A DNA stretch of 64,000 nt, taken from an uncultured Candidatus Saccharibacteria bacterium. GTDB lineage: Bacteria > Patescibacteriota > Saccharimonadia > Saccharimonadales > Saccharimonadaceae. Location: contig CALIXB010000026.1 in assembly GCA_938046775.1 (NCBI GenBank), forward strand, positions 6,876 to 70,875, given 5' to 3'. A model generated the notes under the pieces. That model did not search any database. It was not told the DNA's origin and saw nothing but the letters and a program-made list of their open reading frames with translations. How positions within the stretch are numbered: position 1 is the first letter of the stretch; every line of letters starts with the position of its first letter. A program made the translations under genes and the position numbers. Below are positions 1 to 10,861 of this stretch, one piece after another.

Positions 1-392
1 CGCATTTCCGATTCGCCAAATTCATGGGCGTTTGGCTTGGTAGCGTGGCGGCGCACCGTTTCCTTAAATGATACGTCAAAATAATAAATCAGTTTTTCGC
101 CCTGAAAATCATCCAGCAGCTGACGCAGCATCGTGCCATATTTTTTATTGCTCAAAATACCTTCCAAAATCACCGCATAACCAACGTTATTGCCGTACAT
201 ACATAGATCGTAAATCAGCTGAATCGCCGGGTTGTTTTCACTGTCTTCCACACGAAGCATCTCCCGCCGCACCATATCCTGCGATACCAACATCGTGCCG
301 TAGCCTAACCGACGCTGGAGTAGGCGCGCCGTGCTGGTTTTACCGCAACCAGAATTACCGCGGAGAATGATTAGCGGATGAGAGGTCGTCAT
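1..392 (-). CDS. P-loop nucleotide kinase-like protein (AAA_33-like), 3' end runs off the window
   Basis: Manual translation: MTTSHPLIILRGNSGCGKTSTARLLQRRLG..., Walker A GNSGCGKT; ATG overlaps TGA of upstream kinase (ATGA); absent from ORF track because truncated. Confidence 0.8.
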   Translation of the reverse strand, partial: MTTSHPLIILRGNSGCGKTSTARLLQRRLGYGTMLVSQDMVRREMLRVEDSENNPAIQLIYDLCMYGNNVGYAVILEGILSNKKYGTMLRQLLDDFQGEKLIYYFDVSFKETVRRHATKPNAHEFGESEM

Positions 393-1399
393 GTACGCTC
401 CAACAAATCATAAGCAACTGCTGCCGACAGTGCCTGCATTTGGCGAAGATTATCGCCCGGCTTAAGCGGCGGTTTGAGACTGCGAACAAGAAAGAAACCG
501 ATAAATGATGCTAACATCTCTGCATTGAGTTCTTCTAGCCACGGCGTTACATCTTGACCATGGCGCGCTATATCAACCAGAAACTCCGTCGCCCCAGACC
601 CCCGAGGTGCATAGGAAGCCCAATTCCAATCAACCAATTTCAATTCACCAGTTTGCGGATAAAACGCCAAATTATCACTGCGTACATCGGAATGATTAAA
701 GCAATCCTCTGGCTGTTTGGCAAATTGCTTGGCGTGTATCGAAATACCTGCCAATTCATCACTCCTACTCAGTAACTCCATCATCTTTTGGCAGCGCCGC
801 TGGTTGACTTCTGATTGATCCGGTAATAATGTTCGGTAATTATCAATCAGCTGACGGCGAATATCATCATCAGCAATGACCTGGTCAATGCCGTCATCCA
901 AGCCAAGCTCCGCCGTCGTAAACGGCTGCAGTTGTAATTCCTCAACCATCTCGTGCGGTAACTCCGTCTTTTCCAGCTCGCGAGTTGCTGTTACCACCGC
1001 TGAAATGTATCGTTCTGCCACAGATTTTTCTGCTGGCGGCCGCCACAGCCAGCCGTCGACTGATGCATAACTAGTAGTCATCAGCACATGACCGTCGCCA
1101 TCCAGTTTTATCCAATCGGCAACAAATTCTGGGTGAACCTTCTGTAGTAACCGCGTCACCTCATAATCTTTTTTCAGCCAGCCTAATTCCCGCTCGCCTT
1201 CGTCTGGCAACAAATCAACGTCAACTTCTTTAACAAAAATCGTCTTATCGCCCGCCGACACCAGGGCACGGCGATTACGCGAAAAGCCGCCACTGACTGG
1301 CGTAACTTGTAAATCTGACAGATCAGCGCCAAGCTCTGCTGCAGCACACTGCAGCGCTCTGTCGGTTAGTAACTTGTTGTGATTGGATAGGGTCTCCAT
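389..1399 (-). CDS. Aminoglycoside phosphotransferase/choline kinase-like protein
   Basis: GGFS loop, IFVK, Brenner-type HSDVRSDN and DWNW motifs. Confidence 0.75.
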   Translation of the reverse strand: METLSNHNKLLTDRALQCAAAELGADLSDLQVTPVSGGFSRNRRALVSAGDKTIFVKEVDVDLLPDEGERELGWLKKDYEVTRLLQKVHPEFVADWIKLDGDGHVLMTTSYASVDGWLWRPPAEKSVAERYISAVVTATRELEKTELPHEMVEELQLQPFTTAELGLDDGIDQVIADDDIRRQLIDNYRTLLPDQSEVNQRRCQKMMELLSRSDELAGISIHAKQFAKQPEDCFNHSDVRSDNLAFYPQTGELKLVDWNWASYAPRGSGATEFLVDIARHGQDVTPWLEELNAEMLASFIGFFLVRSLKPPLKPGDNLRQMQALSAAVAYDLLERT

Positions 1400-1519
1400 G
1401 AGAAAATTATAGCATTGACATTACTACTATCGACTCTCTTTTGTTATTAGGTTTAAACTACTTTACTTTCATTAAGCTTATAGTTATAATATCTGTGAAT
1501 ACATACATAGGGGGAGAAA

Positions 1520-3142
1520 ATGTTAATAAAAAAACGTTTTTCAAATAAAAAAGTAAAGGCATTGACTGGAATAATAACAGTGTGTCTAATTTTCGGCGGA
1601 ACATTATTTGCGTTGCCAGTACAAAATGCCAAAGGTAATGATAGTTCTTATCCGCCAAATGACAGCAATTACGAAAAGGTTTGGTGGGACGAATTTAATG
1701 ACACATCTTTAAATAGAGAAAAATGGGATTATTACGTCGGTGGCTGGAACGCCAGTGAAGTTCAAAACTGTTATAAAGATTCACCCGAGAACGTTAATGT
1801 TAGTGGCGGTAGCTTAAACCTGGTCGGCCTTTATAAGCCAGGTCTGACATGTAACCAAGGAAGGAACGGTGACTTTACCTCTGGATTTGTGCATACAAAA
1901 GATAAAAAAGCTTGGACTTATGGCTATTTTGAAGCTCGCATAAAAATGCCAACAAATAAAAGTACTTGGCCTGCATTCTGGATGAGCCCGCAGGAAGCTA
2001 AATACGGTGGCTGGCCTAAGAGTGGCGAAATCGATATCGTAGAGACAAAGGGCTCTAACTTAAATTATGCCGCTTCTGATGCTCACTGGGGAATTTCGGC
2101 AGTAAATAAAAGCCACAGTCAGCGCGTAATTGAAACAGATAAATTTAGTGACGCCAGCCAATGGCATACATATGGCGTTAAGTGGACCGAAGGCAAGCTT
2201 GAATTTTATATTGACGGTAATAGATACCATGAAATTAAAAACTTTAGCCAGCCAAATTCCACAAACCACCCTGGACCCTTCAATATCCCATTTTACCTAC
2301 GACTTAACCTAGCGATTGGCGGTAGCTACATTGACGCTCCATGGAAAGATGCCCATAATTCTATAGCCGACTTCCCAGCTACTATGTCAATCGACTACGT
2401 CCGTGTATATCAGAGAAAACCACGACAGCCCAAGAACGTCAATGTGCCAGATAGCAATTTGCGCACTCTGCTTAACCAAAAATTAGCAGCACAACTTGGG
2501 ACTACTCGCACCAACGATCAAGTCATTACCGACGTAGAGTTAGAAAGCTTAACAAATCTTAACTTGGATGCAGCACCAAATGCACCAATTGATCAGCGAA
2601 TTAATAATCTGACAGGTCTAGAGGCAGCTAAAAACCTCACAGCCCTGTCTCTTCAGAATAATGCAATTAGCGACCTAAGACCGCTTGCCGGACTAGCATC
2701 CTTAACTTCGCTAAACCTTAATGATCAATTAATCACTTCAAGCACCAATACCGACTCATTCGCTTCGCCCCTAAGGGATCCTGTAGGAAATACTGTCGAT
2801 ATAAATAATTCAGCAGAAGTAGCTAACGATGTAGCAAACCCTGGAAATATTAAACTACTCTCACCAATCCGTGACGGCAATCCTCATCTTATTGTCGCTA
2901 ATTGGTCTAGGAACGTAACTATTGGGACAGCTTCAGCCGTCTTTAGTGGCAAGCTTAATGTAACTGCCACACTACAAGCAGCGACAACGCCACAGCCTAA
3001 CCCTAGTACGCCAAGTAACACTCAGAAGCCAGGAAAAACTCAAAGCTCCAACAACTCATTAGCAAGCACAGGATTTAATATTCTGCTGGGAGTCGTAACC
3101 GCCCTACTGATTGGTATAGCAGGTATGTTTATCCTACGATAA
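1520..3142 (+). CDS. Secreted GH16 beta-glucanase with internalin-like LRR region and C-terminal LPXTG-like anchor
   Basis: Signal peptide, WWDEF, WPAFW, catalytic EIDIVE, DYVRVYQ; LRRs (LTGLEAAKNLTALSLQNNAISDLRPL); LASTG + TM + R terminus. Confidence 0.85.
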   Translation: MLIKKRFSNKKVKALTGIITVCLIFGGTLFALPVQNAKGNDSSYPPNDSNYEKVWWDEFNDTSLNREKWDYYVGGWNASEVQNCYKDSPENVNVSGGSLNLVGLYKPGLTCNQGRNGDFTSGFVHTKDKKAWTYGYFEARIKMPTNKSTWPAFWMSPQEAKYGGWPKSGEIDIVETKGSNLNYAASDAHWGISAVNKSHSQRVIETDKFSDASQWHTYGVKWTEGKLEFYIDGNRYHEIKNFSQPNSTNHPGPFNIPFYLRLNLAIGGSYIDAPWKDAHNSIADFPATMSIDYVRVYQRKPRQPKNVNVPDSNLRTLLNQKLAAQLGTTRTNDQVITDVELESLTNLNLDAAPNAPIDQRINNLTGLEAAKNLTALSLQNNAISDLRPLAGLASLTSLNLNDQLITSSTNTDSFASPLRDPVGNTVDINNSAEVANDVANPGNIKLLSPIRDGNPHLIVANWSRNVTIGTASAVFSGKLNVTATLQAATTPQPNPSTPSNTQKPGKTQSSNNSLASTGFNILLGVVTALLIGIAGMFILR

Positions 3143-3164
3143 TCATATAGATACTATAAAAACT

Positions 3165-3202
3165 AGAAGATGTCATCACTTTTGGATGGCATCTTCTTTT
3201 TT
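3165..3202 (+). terminator. Intrinsic terminator of GH16 gene
   Basis: AGAAGATGTCATC-loop-GATGGCATCTTCT followed by T run. Confidence 0.75.
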
Positions 3203-3264
3203 GTATATTTACTGTCTAGTTAAGATAGGTAAAGAAAAAACACCTCCTTAGAAGTGTCTTTTCT

Positions 3265-3339
3265 TGGCTCCGGCAGCTGGGCTCGAACCAGCGACCTATT
3301 GGTTAACAGCCAACCGCTCTACCACTGAGCTATGCCGGA
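3265..3339 (-). tRNA. tRNA-Asn(GTT)
   Basis: Cloverleaf TCCGGCA...CTGTTAA anticodon loop...GGTTCGAG...GCCA. Confidence 0.95.
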
Positions 3340-3380
3340 ATACGAATCTTATTATAGCGAGTTTTTAAACAGTTGTAAAG

Positions 3381-3713
3381 TTACTGACGAACAATTTCTA
3401 GTGCTTTTTTCAAAATTTCTACTTCTTTGCGCGATTTTTTATCATCTTTTTCTTCTCTTTTCTTAATTTCTCTAGTCAAATTCTTCCACCAAGCCTCTTT
3501 TTCAGCACTACGTACAACCAAAGACCTCACTTCGCCGTCGCGCTTATCCAGTAATCCTGCCGACACCAAATTATCAACATGCTTAGCTACAGTTGAAACT
3601 GATTTATATCCGAGTGCACGCATAATCTCCCTCAGCGTCGGACTATAGCCGTTCCCCTTAATAAATCCATCGATAAAATCTAGCATCATTTTCTGTTTTT
3701 TCGTCAGCTTCAT
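3381..3713 (-). CDS. LexA-type N-terminal DNA-binding domain protein lacking the peptidase domain
   Basis: LTKKQ..LDFI..FI..NGYSPTLREI...LG.KS.STV.KH...L...G.L matches the LexA winged HTH; start moved to ATG 3713. Confidence 0.8.
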   Translation of the reverse strand: MKLTKKQKMMLDFIDGFIKGNGYSPTLREIMRALGYKSVSTVAKHVDNLVSAGLLDKRDGEVRSLVVRSAEKEAWWKNLTREIKKREEKDDKKSRKEVEILKKALEIVRQ

Positions 3714-3747
3714 ATCTAAAGTATACACTATGCGCTATACTTACAGT

Positions 3748-5163
3748 ATGGCAAAAAATCTCATCGGTGATATTCAATTTTGGCTCCTCGTAACGGTTAT
3801 TTTCGGTGGTGCATTTGCCTTGCAACCCAGTTTCAACTTAGCAATCCTCGACTTTCCTTCATTACGATTAGGTCTATATCAGTTAGTTGCCGTAAGCCTG
3901 GTACTATCCACGCTACCGATATTATTTAAGAAACGGCAAACCTTCATCAAAAATCGTTACCTAATCGGCGGGTTTTTAGCAATTTTTCTAGCCATGGCTA
4001 TCGACGTCTTTTTCGCCGAAGCGCGTCTTCGCACTATGCTTTATTCATTGTCACTCTTATTTTTATTAGTTGTAGGTTTGTCAGCTGGCGTGGTTTATGC
4101 AGAATTATCAAAAGCACAAAAAAATAGATTAATTAACATTGGTTTATGGAGCGGTCTGGTTTTCGGAATCTTAGCAATTATCCAACTCATCGTCGCCACC
4201 TTCGAACCAACTGGTTTTGGTACGCTTTGTCCTGGCTGTAAGGCTGAAGTTTTTGGTTTTCCGCGCATCAATCTGTTCGCTGCAGAACCGCAGTTTCTAG
4301 CCAACGCCCTGCTGCCCGCCTTTTTCTTAGCCCTCTTCCAGCCAAAATCTCGCCTCACTCAACTAAGTTTATTTTTCACCACCACAGCCATCGCCTTGAC
4401 TTTTTCTCGCGGCGGATTCTTAGCAATTTTTCTAGCCATTATAATTTTCATCGCTATCGCCTCAATCAAGCGCCTCAATACTTCTTTCCTCTATAAAAAA
4501 CTTCCTCTGGTTATTATCGGCACGTTTTTCGGATTTGCTTTACTATTTCTGTCTGCCAATATTCGCTATAGCAGTTCGCCGTTTATAGCACATAACACGC
4601 TTGTTAGTATGATTGACCAATTATCCCTCGGCCGAATTAAAATACCACAAAAAACCGCCATTAAAACCCAGCTAGCATCACCTTCTCAACAGACGCCCTC
4701 AGATATAAAATCTACCCCGACAAAACAGGACTTCCAGCCTACCGGATTTGTTGAAGCTTCGGCCAACGATCGTCTTAGTGCCAGCGACCTAGCGATTAAA
4801 TCCTGGTTAAGCTCGCCGCGCACCTTTTTATTTGGCGTTGGTCTCGGTAACCTCGGCGGCTTCATCCAAAAACACCTCAACATTAGCGTACCGACCGACC
4901 AAACCGTCTACATTTTCTACATTTTACTACTTAGCGGATTGGGTATCATTGGCTTATTACCGCTCATCCTGACATCTCTTACAATTCTCTTCTTTGCTAT
5001 AAAAAATATCTGCCACCCTAAAGCGCAGCTTATCTTTTTATTAACCACAGCACTACTTATCCATTTCTGGTTCTTTGGTAGTTTCATTAACACAATTCAC
5101 TGTTTTGCTATAATTGGTATATTTTTGTATAATTACCCCAGAGATTATGCGAAAAAAGTCTGA
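3748..5163 (+). CDS. O-antigen ligase/polymerase-like (Wzy_C) membrane protein
   Basis: ~12 TM segments, LTFSRGG, EPQFLAN, FLFGVGLGN motifs; start moved to 3748. Confidence 0.7.
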   Translation: MAKNLIGDIQFWLLVTVIFGGAFALQPSFNLAILDFPSLRLGLYQLVAVSLVLSTLPILFKKRQTFIKNRYLIGGFLAIFLAMAIDVFFAEARLRTMLYSLSLLFLLVVGLSAGVVYAELSKAQKNRLINIGLWSGLVFGILAIIQLIVATFEPTGFGTLCPGCKAEVFGFPRINLFAAEPQFLANALLPAFFLALFQPKSRLTQLSLFFTTTAIALTFSRGGFLAIFLAIIIFIAIASIKRLNTSFLYKKLPLVIIGTFFGFALLFLSANIRYSSSPFIAHNTLVSMIDQLSLGRIKIPQKTAIKTQLASPSQQTPSDIKSTPTKQDFQPTGFVEASANDRLSASDLAIKSWLSSPRTFLFGVGLGNLGGFIQKHLNISVPTDQTVYIFYILLLSGLGIIGLLPLILTSLTILFFAIKNICHPKAQLIFLLTTALLIHFWFFGSFINTIHCFAIIGIFLYNYPRDYAKKV

Positions 5164-6568
5164 TTTTTACTTCAAAGTTATTCTGGTCGTTCTTGATATC
5201 CTGGCTTTACTAAGCGCCTTTACTATTGCCTATATTTTACGCATATCCTTAGACCCTAGACCGTTCCACGTCAGTATCAATGCTTTAGATTTCATTACAT
5301 CTATCGCTATGACCTTACCGCTATGGATTATAATGTTTTATTTCTTTGGCCTATACGACCGCGAAAGCTACACCCATCCTTTACGCCAATTTGGACGAAT
5401 TCTTCTGGCGTCAGTTACCGGAATTATGATTATGATTTCAGTAACTTTTTTCACCAACACGCCGCTTTTTCCAGCCAAGCTTGTCGCTGTCTATGCTACC
5501 GCGATTGGCTTTGCTCTATTGATGGTTTTTCGTAGCACTGCCAATATTATTCGTTTACGGCTATTAAAACGCGGACTAGGAGCACGTCGAGTCGTAATAG
5601 TTGGCAATTGCGATTTAACCCATGTTTTGGCCGATTTCATTGAAACCAATCCACTAACCGGCTTTAAGGTTAGCGGAATTGTGGCGCGGGCTGAGTTTAT
5701 TCCGATTGAGCTGAAAAGCCTCAGACGCTCATCATTAGAATCAGCACTAACCAGAGATAAAATTGATGTTATTATCCAAACTAACTCGAAAAATGTTAGC
5801 AACAATTACCAACTCGCCCAGAAACATTATTTAGATTTTTATCAAGCACCAGAATTTGACGGAATTATGACCGCCAAACACACCATTGACATTATTGATT
5901 CCGTGCCGCTAATTCACGCTCATCCGACGCCGCTGATGGGATATGGCCGAATTGTGAAGCGAGTTATGGATATTATCGGCGGAACAGTTGGTATCATTTT
6001 AGCTTCGCCAATAATGGTTTTGGTAGCAATTGCCGTGAAAATTAGCGATCCAGCCGGCCCAATCCTGATGCATGGCAAACAACAAAAACGCCTCACTCGC
6101 TATAACCAACCGTTCAAAGTTTACAAATTCCGCTCGCATTATGCCAAATTTGACGGTAAGACTGACGAGGAAGTATTCCAAATGGTCGGCAAGCCTGAGC
6201 TGATTGAAGAGTATCGTAAAAACGGCGATAAACTTGATCAAGATTTTCGCGTTACACCGGTCGGTCGTTTTATCCGCCGGTTTAGTCTGGACGAATTGCC
6301 GCAATTGTTTAATGTTTTAAAGGGCGATATCAGCCTGGTTGGACCGCGCGCCTTGGTGCCACATGAGCTCAGCGCATACGATAAAAAACATGTTTTATTG
6401 GCGGTAAAATCGGGACTGACCGGACTGGCGGTAGTTTCTGGCAGGCGCAGTATTAGCTTCGAGGAGCGGCGGCGAATTGACCTATACTACGTACAGAACT
6501 GGAGTTTATGGCTGGATATTACTATTTTATTAAAAACCTGTTTGGTTATTTTCCAAAAGGATAATTGA
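5147..6568 (+). CDS. Priming polyprenyl-phosphate sugar phosphotransferase (WbaP/WcaJ family)
   Basis: KRVMD, YKFRS, RVTPVGRFIRRFSLDELPQL, SLVGPR, DLYYVQNWSLWLD. Confidence 0.92.
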   Translation: MRKKSDFYFKVILVVLDILALLSAFTIAYILRISLDPRPFHVSINALDFITSIAMTLPLWIIMFYFFGLYDRESYTHPLRQFGRILLASVTGIMIMISVTFFTNTPLFPAKLVAVYATAIGFALLMVFRSTANIIRLRLLKRGLGARRVVIVGNCDLTHVLADFIETNPLTGFKVSGIVARAEFIPIELKSLRRSSLESALTRDKIDVIIQTNSKNVSNNYQLAQKHYLDFYQAPEFDGIMTAKHTIDIIDSVPLIHAHPTPLMGYGRIVKRVMDIIGGTVGIILASPIMVLVAIAVKISDPAGPILMHGKQQKRLTRYNQPFKVYKFRSHYAKFDGKTDEEVFQMVGKPELIEEYRKNGDKLDQDFRVTPVGRFIRRFSLDELPQLFNVLKGDISLVGPRALVPHELSAYDKKHVLLAVKSGLTGLAVVSGRRSISFEERRRIDLYYVQNWSLWLDITILLKTCLVIFQKDN

Positions 6569-7710
6569 TGAGCAAGCCGAAAATTGCCATAGTTCACGAC
6601 TGGCTGTATGGAGGCGGCGCGGAAAAAGTCGTCTTAGAGATACATAAGTTATACCCAGAGGCGCCAATTTATACTTCTTTTTGCAGCGATGAATGGCGAC
6701 AAAAACTAGACAATAAAGTCATTACTGGCTATCTGCAGCGTTGGCCATTCGCCAAACTACGACGTTTTCTGCCGCTGCTTAGGCAGTGGTGGTTCGCGCG
6801 GCTCGACCTTAGTGAGTATGATATTATTATCTCTAGCTCAGGCAATGGTGAAGCTAAATTTGCCCGCAAGTCCCGCCCCGAACAACTGCATATTTGCTAT
6901 TGTCATACGCCAACGCACTTTTATTGGCGGCACTATGATGAATATATCAAGCGCCCCAGTTTTCGTCCGCGCTGGTTAGCCAGATTAGGCTTAAGAACTT
7001 TGGTTCGTCCGTTGAAAAAACGCGATTTTATTGCTGCCCAGCAAGTTGATGTTTTCATTGCCAATTCTACCGGCATCCAAGCTGATATCGCAGAATTTTA
7101 CCAGAAAAAAAGCACTGTTATTTTTCCACCAATCGACTTATCAAATTTCTCGCCGCTTGCTAAAAATCGTCAGAAAAAGAGCATTCCTAAAAAACCACGC
7201 TGCCTAATTTGGGGACGAATTGTACCGATGAAGCGACTTGATGTAGCTATCGACGCCTGCCAAAAACTTGGTTGGCAGCTGGACATTATAGGAAAAGGCC
7301 CCGACACGGACCGTCTAAAAAAACTGGCTGACTCACATACAAATTTCTTAGGATTTGTTGCTGATGTAACTCGGGAAAAATATATTAAAGAGGCCGATTT
7401 ATTTATTTTTTGCTCACATGAGGACTTTGGCATCGCGCCAGTTGAGGCTTTAGCGGCAGGAATTCCGGTGGTCGCTTACCAAGCGGGCGGCGCGCTTGAT
7501 TATATTAAGCCAGGAAAAAACGGCTGGTTTTTCTCAGATCAAACAGATGAAGAGTTGATAAAAACTTTGAAAGAATTACCAGGTAAAAAAATTTCGCCAG
7601 CAAAAATTTCTGCTACTGCCAACGAATTTTCAGCCACCATTTTCCGCAAATCAATGAAAAATATAGTTGAAAAATCATGGAAGGAGTATTCTCATGAAAA
7701 TCGCCATTGA
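6568..7710 (+). CDS. GT4 glycosyltransferase
   Basis: HDWLYGGGAEKV, YCHTP, EDFGIAPVEA. Confidence 0.9.
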   Translation: MSKPKIAIVHDWLYGGGAEKVVLEIHKLYPEAPIYTSFCSDEWRQKLDNKVITGYLQRWPFAKLRRFLPLLRQWWFARLDLSEYDIIISSSGNGEAKFARKSRPEQLHICYCHTPTHFYWRHYDEYIKRPSFRPRWLARLGLRTLVRPLKKRDFIAAQQVDVFIANSTGIQADIAEFYQKKSTVIFPPIDLSNFSPLAKNRQKKSIPKKPRCLIWGRIVPMKRLDVAIDACQKLGWQLDIIGKGPDTDRLKKLADSHTNFLGFVADVTREKYIKEADLFIFCSHEDFGIAPVEALAAGIPVVAYQAGGALDYIKPGKNGWFFSDQTDEELIKTLKELPGKKISPAKISATANEFSATIFRKSMKNIVEKSWKEYSHENRH

Positions 7711-8797
7711 CGCTCGCACATTACGAACAAGTACTGGTCGCTACATTGAAAGGCTGATTCATTATCTACAAAAGATTGATAAGAAAAACGATTATATTAT
7801 CCTACTAAAGCCAAAAGATTTTGACAGCTGGCAGCCAACCAATCCACGTTTCCAAAAAGTAGCTTGCCCTTATAAAGAATATACTTTTGCTGAACAAATT
7901 GATTTTAAAAAGCAGCTGGAAGAACTAAAGCCAGACTTGGTACACTTTGCGATGGTTCAGCAACCAGTTTGGTATAACGCTAGTCCAGTCGTCACCACTA
8001 TGCAAGATCTAACCACTGTTCGGTTTAGAAATCCTGATAAAAATCCCGTTATCTTCTGGATAAAGCAACAAATTTACAAATGGGTCAATAAAAAAGTCGC
8101 TCGAAAATCCGCTCATATTATCACTATTTCCGATTTTGTGAAAAATGATTTGATTGGATTTACTGGTATTAGTCCAGATAAAATTACAGTGACACTGGAG
8201 TCGGCTGACGAGTTACCAAAGGGTAATGATCCTGTCAAAGAACTGATTGGGAAAAAATTTATTATGTATATCGGTCGGCCAACGCCGCATAAAAATTTAC
8301 GGCGGCTGATTGATGCTTTTGCATTATTACAAAAAAAACACCCAGAGCTGACATTAGCCTTGGCCGGCAAGAGGGATAGCAATTACGCTCGACACGAAGC
8401 TTACGTTAACGAACATAATATTAAAAACGTCATTTTTACTGATTTTATATCAGATGAGCAATTACGCTGGATGTACGAAAATACGGCTGTTTATTGCTTC
8501 CCGTCACTAAGTGAAGGTTTTGGTTTGCCAGGCCTTGAGGCAATGCTACACGGCGCACCTGTAGCTTCAAGCACCGCTACGTGCCTACCGGAAACTCACG
8601 GTGATGCCGCTCACTATTTTGATCCGTATGATGTCAAGGATATAGCACGCGCTATTGATGATCTTCTGTCTAACGAAAAGCTACGTCGAGAATTGATTAA
8701 AAAAGGCAAGCAGCACGTCAAAACTTTCTCGTGGCAGCGGATGGCCGAGCAGACGCTGGCGGTTTATGAACAATACGGTAGCCAGAATAAAAACTAG
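7694..8797 (+). CDS. GT4 glycosyltransferase (mannosyltransferase-like)
   Basis: KIAIDAR, HKNL, FPSLSEGFGLPGLEAM; AAGGAG RBS. Confidence 0.9.
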   Translation: MKIAIDARTLRTSTGRYIERLIHYLQKIDKKNDYIILLKPKDFDSWQPTNPRFQKVACPYKEYTFAEQIDFKKQLEELKPDLVHFAMVQQPVWYNASPVVTTMQDLTTVRFRNPDKNPVIFWIKQQIYKWVNKKVARKSAHIITISDFVKNDLIGFTGISPDKITVTLESADELPKGNDPVKELIGKKFIMYIGRPTPHKNLRRLIDAFALLQKKHPELTLALAGKRDSNYARHEAYVNEHNIKNVIFTDFISDEQLRWMYENTAVYCFPSLSEGFGLPGLEAMLHGAPVASSTATCLPETHGDAAHYFDPYDVKDIARAIDDLLSNEKLRRELIKKGKQHVKTFSWQRMAEQTLAVYEQYGSQNKN

Positions 8798-9231
8798 CTT
8801 TCTTGACCAGTGGCCTGATTTATACGCGTAGACGAATCTGCTTTATTTGTACCGCCAACTCCATATACCATTTCGATGTTGTATTTTTCACAAACATCAC
8901 GCTCTGGTACAACCTCTGGCGCCGATCGATCACCGCCATTAGCAAATACCAATTGGCAACCTGGATACTGTCGAGCAATCATTTCCAGCGTCTCCGTTAC
9001 TGGCGGCTCTTCGTCAATAGACAGCATTACTTGATTAACACCTTTTAATGCTCGCATTAATCGAAGCCGATTTTCCTCATTGAGAATGATTTTTCCTTTT
9101 TTAAGCAATTGCTGTTTGTCGTTATTAACAACCACAATCAAATAATCACCCATTTTTGCCGCCGCTTCAATCATATCCAAATGCCCACCGTGCAATGGAT
9201 TAAAATAGCCGCTAACAATTATAATTTTCAT
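8794..9231 (-). CDS. Cytidylyltransferase-like nucleotidyltransferase (TagD/RfaE-II family)
   Basis: SGYFNPLHGGH (HxGH), FANGGDR, SST. Confidence 0.85.
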   Translation of the reverse strand: MKIIIVSGYFNPLHGGHLDMIEAAAKMGDYLIVVVNNDKQQLLKKGKIILNEENRLRLMRALKGVNQVMLSIDEEPPVTETLEMIARQYPGCQLVFANGGDRSAPEVVPERDVCEKYNIEMVYGVGGTNKADSSTRINQATGQES

Positions 9232-9265
9232 GTATCCTCCTCTATAACTTCTATATTATACCTGA

Positions 9266-10291
<1,026 letters not shown>

Positions 10292-10293
10292 TT

Positions 10294-10860
10294 ATGTTTG
10301 ATCCAAATAATTGTAACGAGCTAACCGTCACCGAATCGCCGATTCCTGGACTATTTGTTGTCAAATTACCCGTCCATGGCGATAACCGTGGCTGGTTCAA
10401 AGAAAATTACCAAAAAGAAAAGATGGAAGCGTTAGGACTGCCATCGTTTGATATCGTGCAAAACAACATCAGCTTCAACGACAAAGCCGGGGCTACCCGA
10501 GGCCTACACGCCGAGCCGTGGAATAAATTCATCTCCACCGCCAATGGCCGCGTATTCGGCGCCTGGTGCGATCTGCGCAAAGGCGACAGCTTCGGCCAAG
10601 TTTTTACCCACGAAATCAATCCTGGCACAGCAATTTTCGTGCCTAAAGGCGTCGCCAATGGTTATCAAGCGCTTGACGACAACATTGCCTACACCTACCT
10701 GGTCGACGCGCACTGGTCGCCAGATGCCAAATACACCTTTGTCAATCTGTTTGATCCGGCACTCGGTATTGACTGGCCAATCAGCCAGGACCAAGCGATT
10801 ATTTCCGAAAAGGACGCCGCTCACCCGCTACTTACAAACGTAATCCCAATGGAGGTTTAA
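10294..10860 (+). CDS. rmlC: dTDP-4-dehydrorhamnose 3,5-epimerase
   Basis: DNRGWFKE, RGLHAEPW, GIDWP; start moved to ATG after rmlB stop. Confidence 0.93.
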   Translation: MFDPNNCNELTVTESPIPGLFVVKLPVHGDNRGWFKENYQKEKMEALGLPSFDIVQNNISFNDKAGATRGLHAEPWNKFISTANGRVFGAWCDLRKGDSFGQVFTHEINPGTAIFVPKGVANGYQALDDNIAYTYLVDAHWSPDAKYTFVNLFDPALGIDWPISQDQAIISEKDAAHPLLTNVIPMEV

Positions 10861-10861
10861 T

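Noticed and set aside
68..370. 100-aa plus-strand ORF
   Set aside because: Shadow of the minus-strand P-loop kinase, which has a clear Walker A motif
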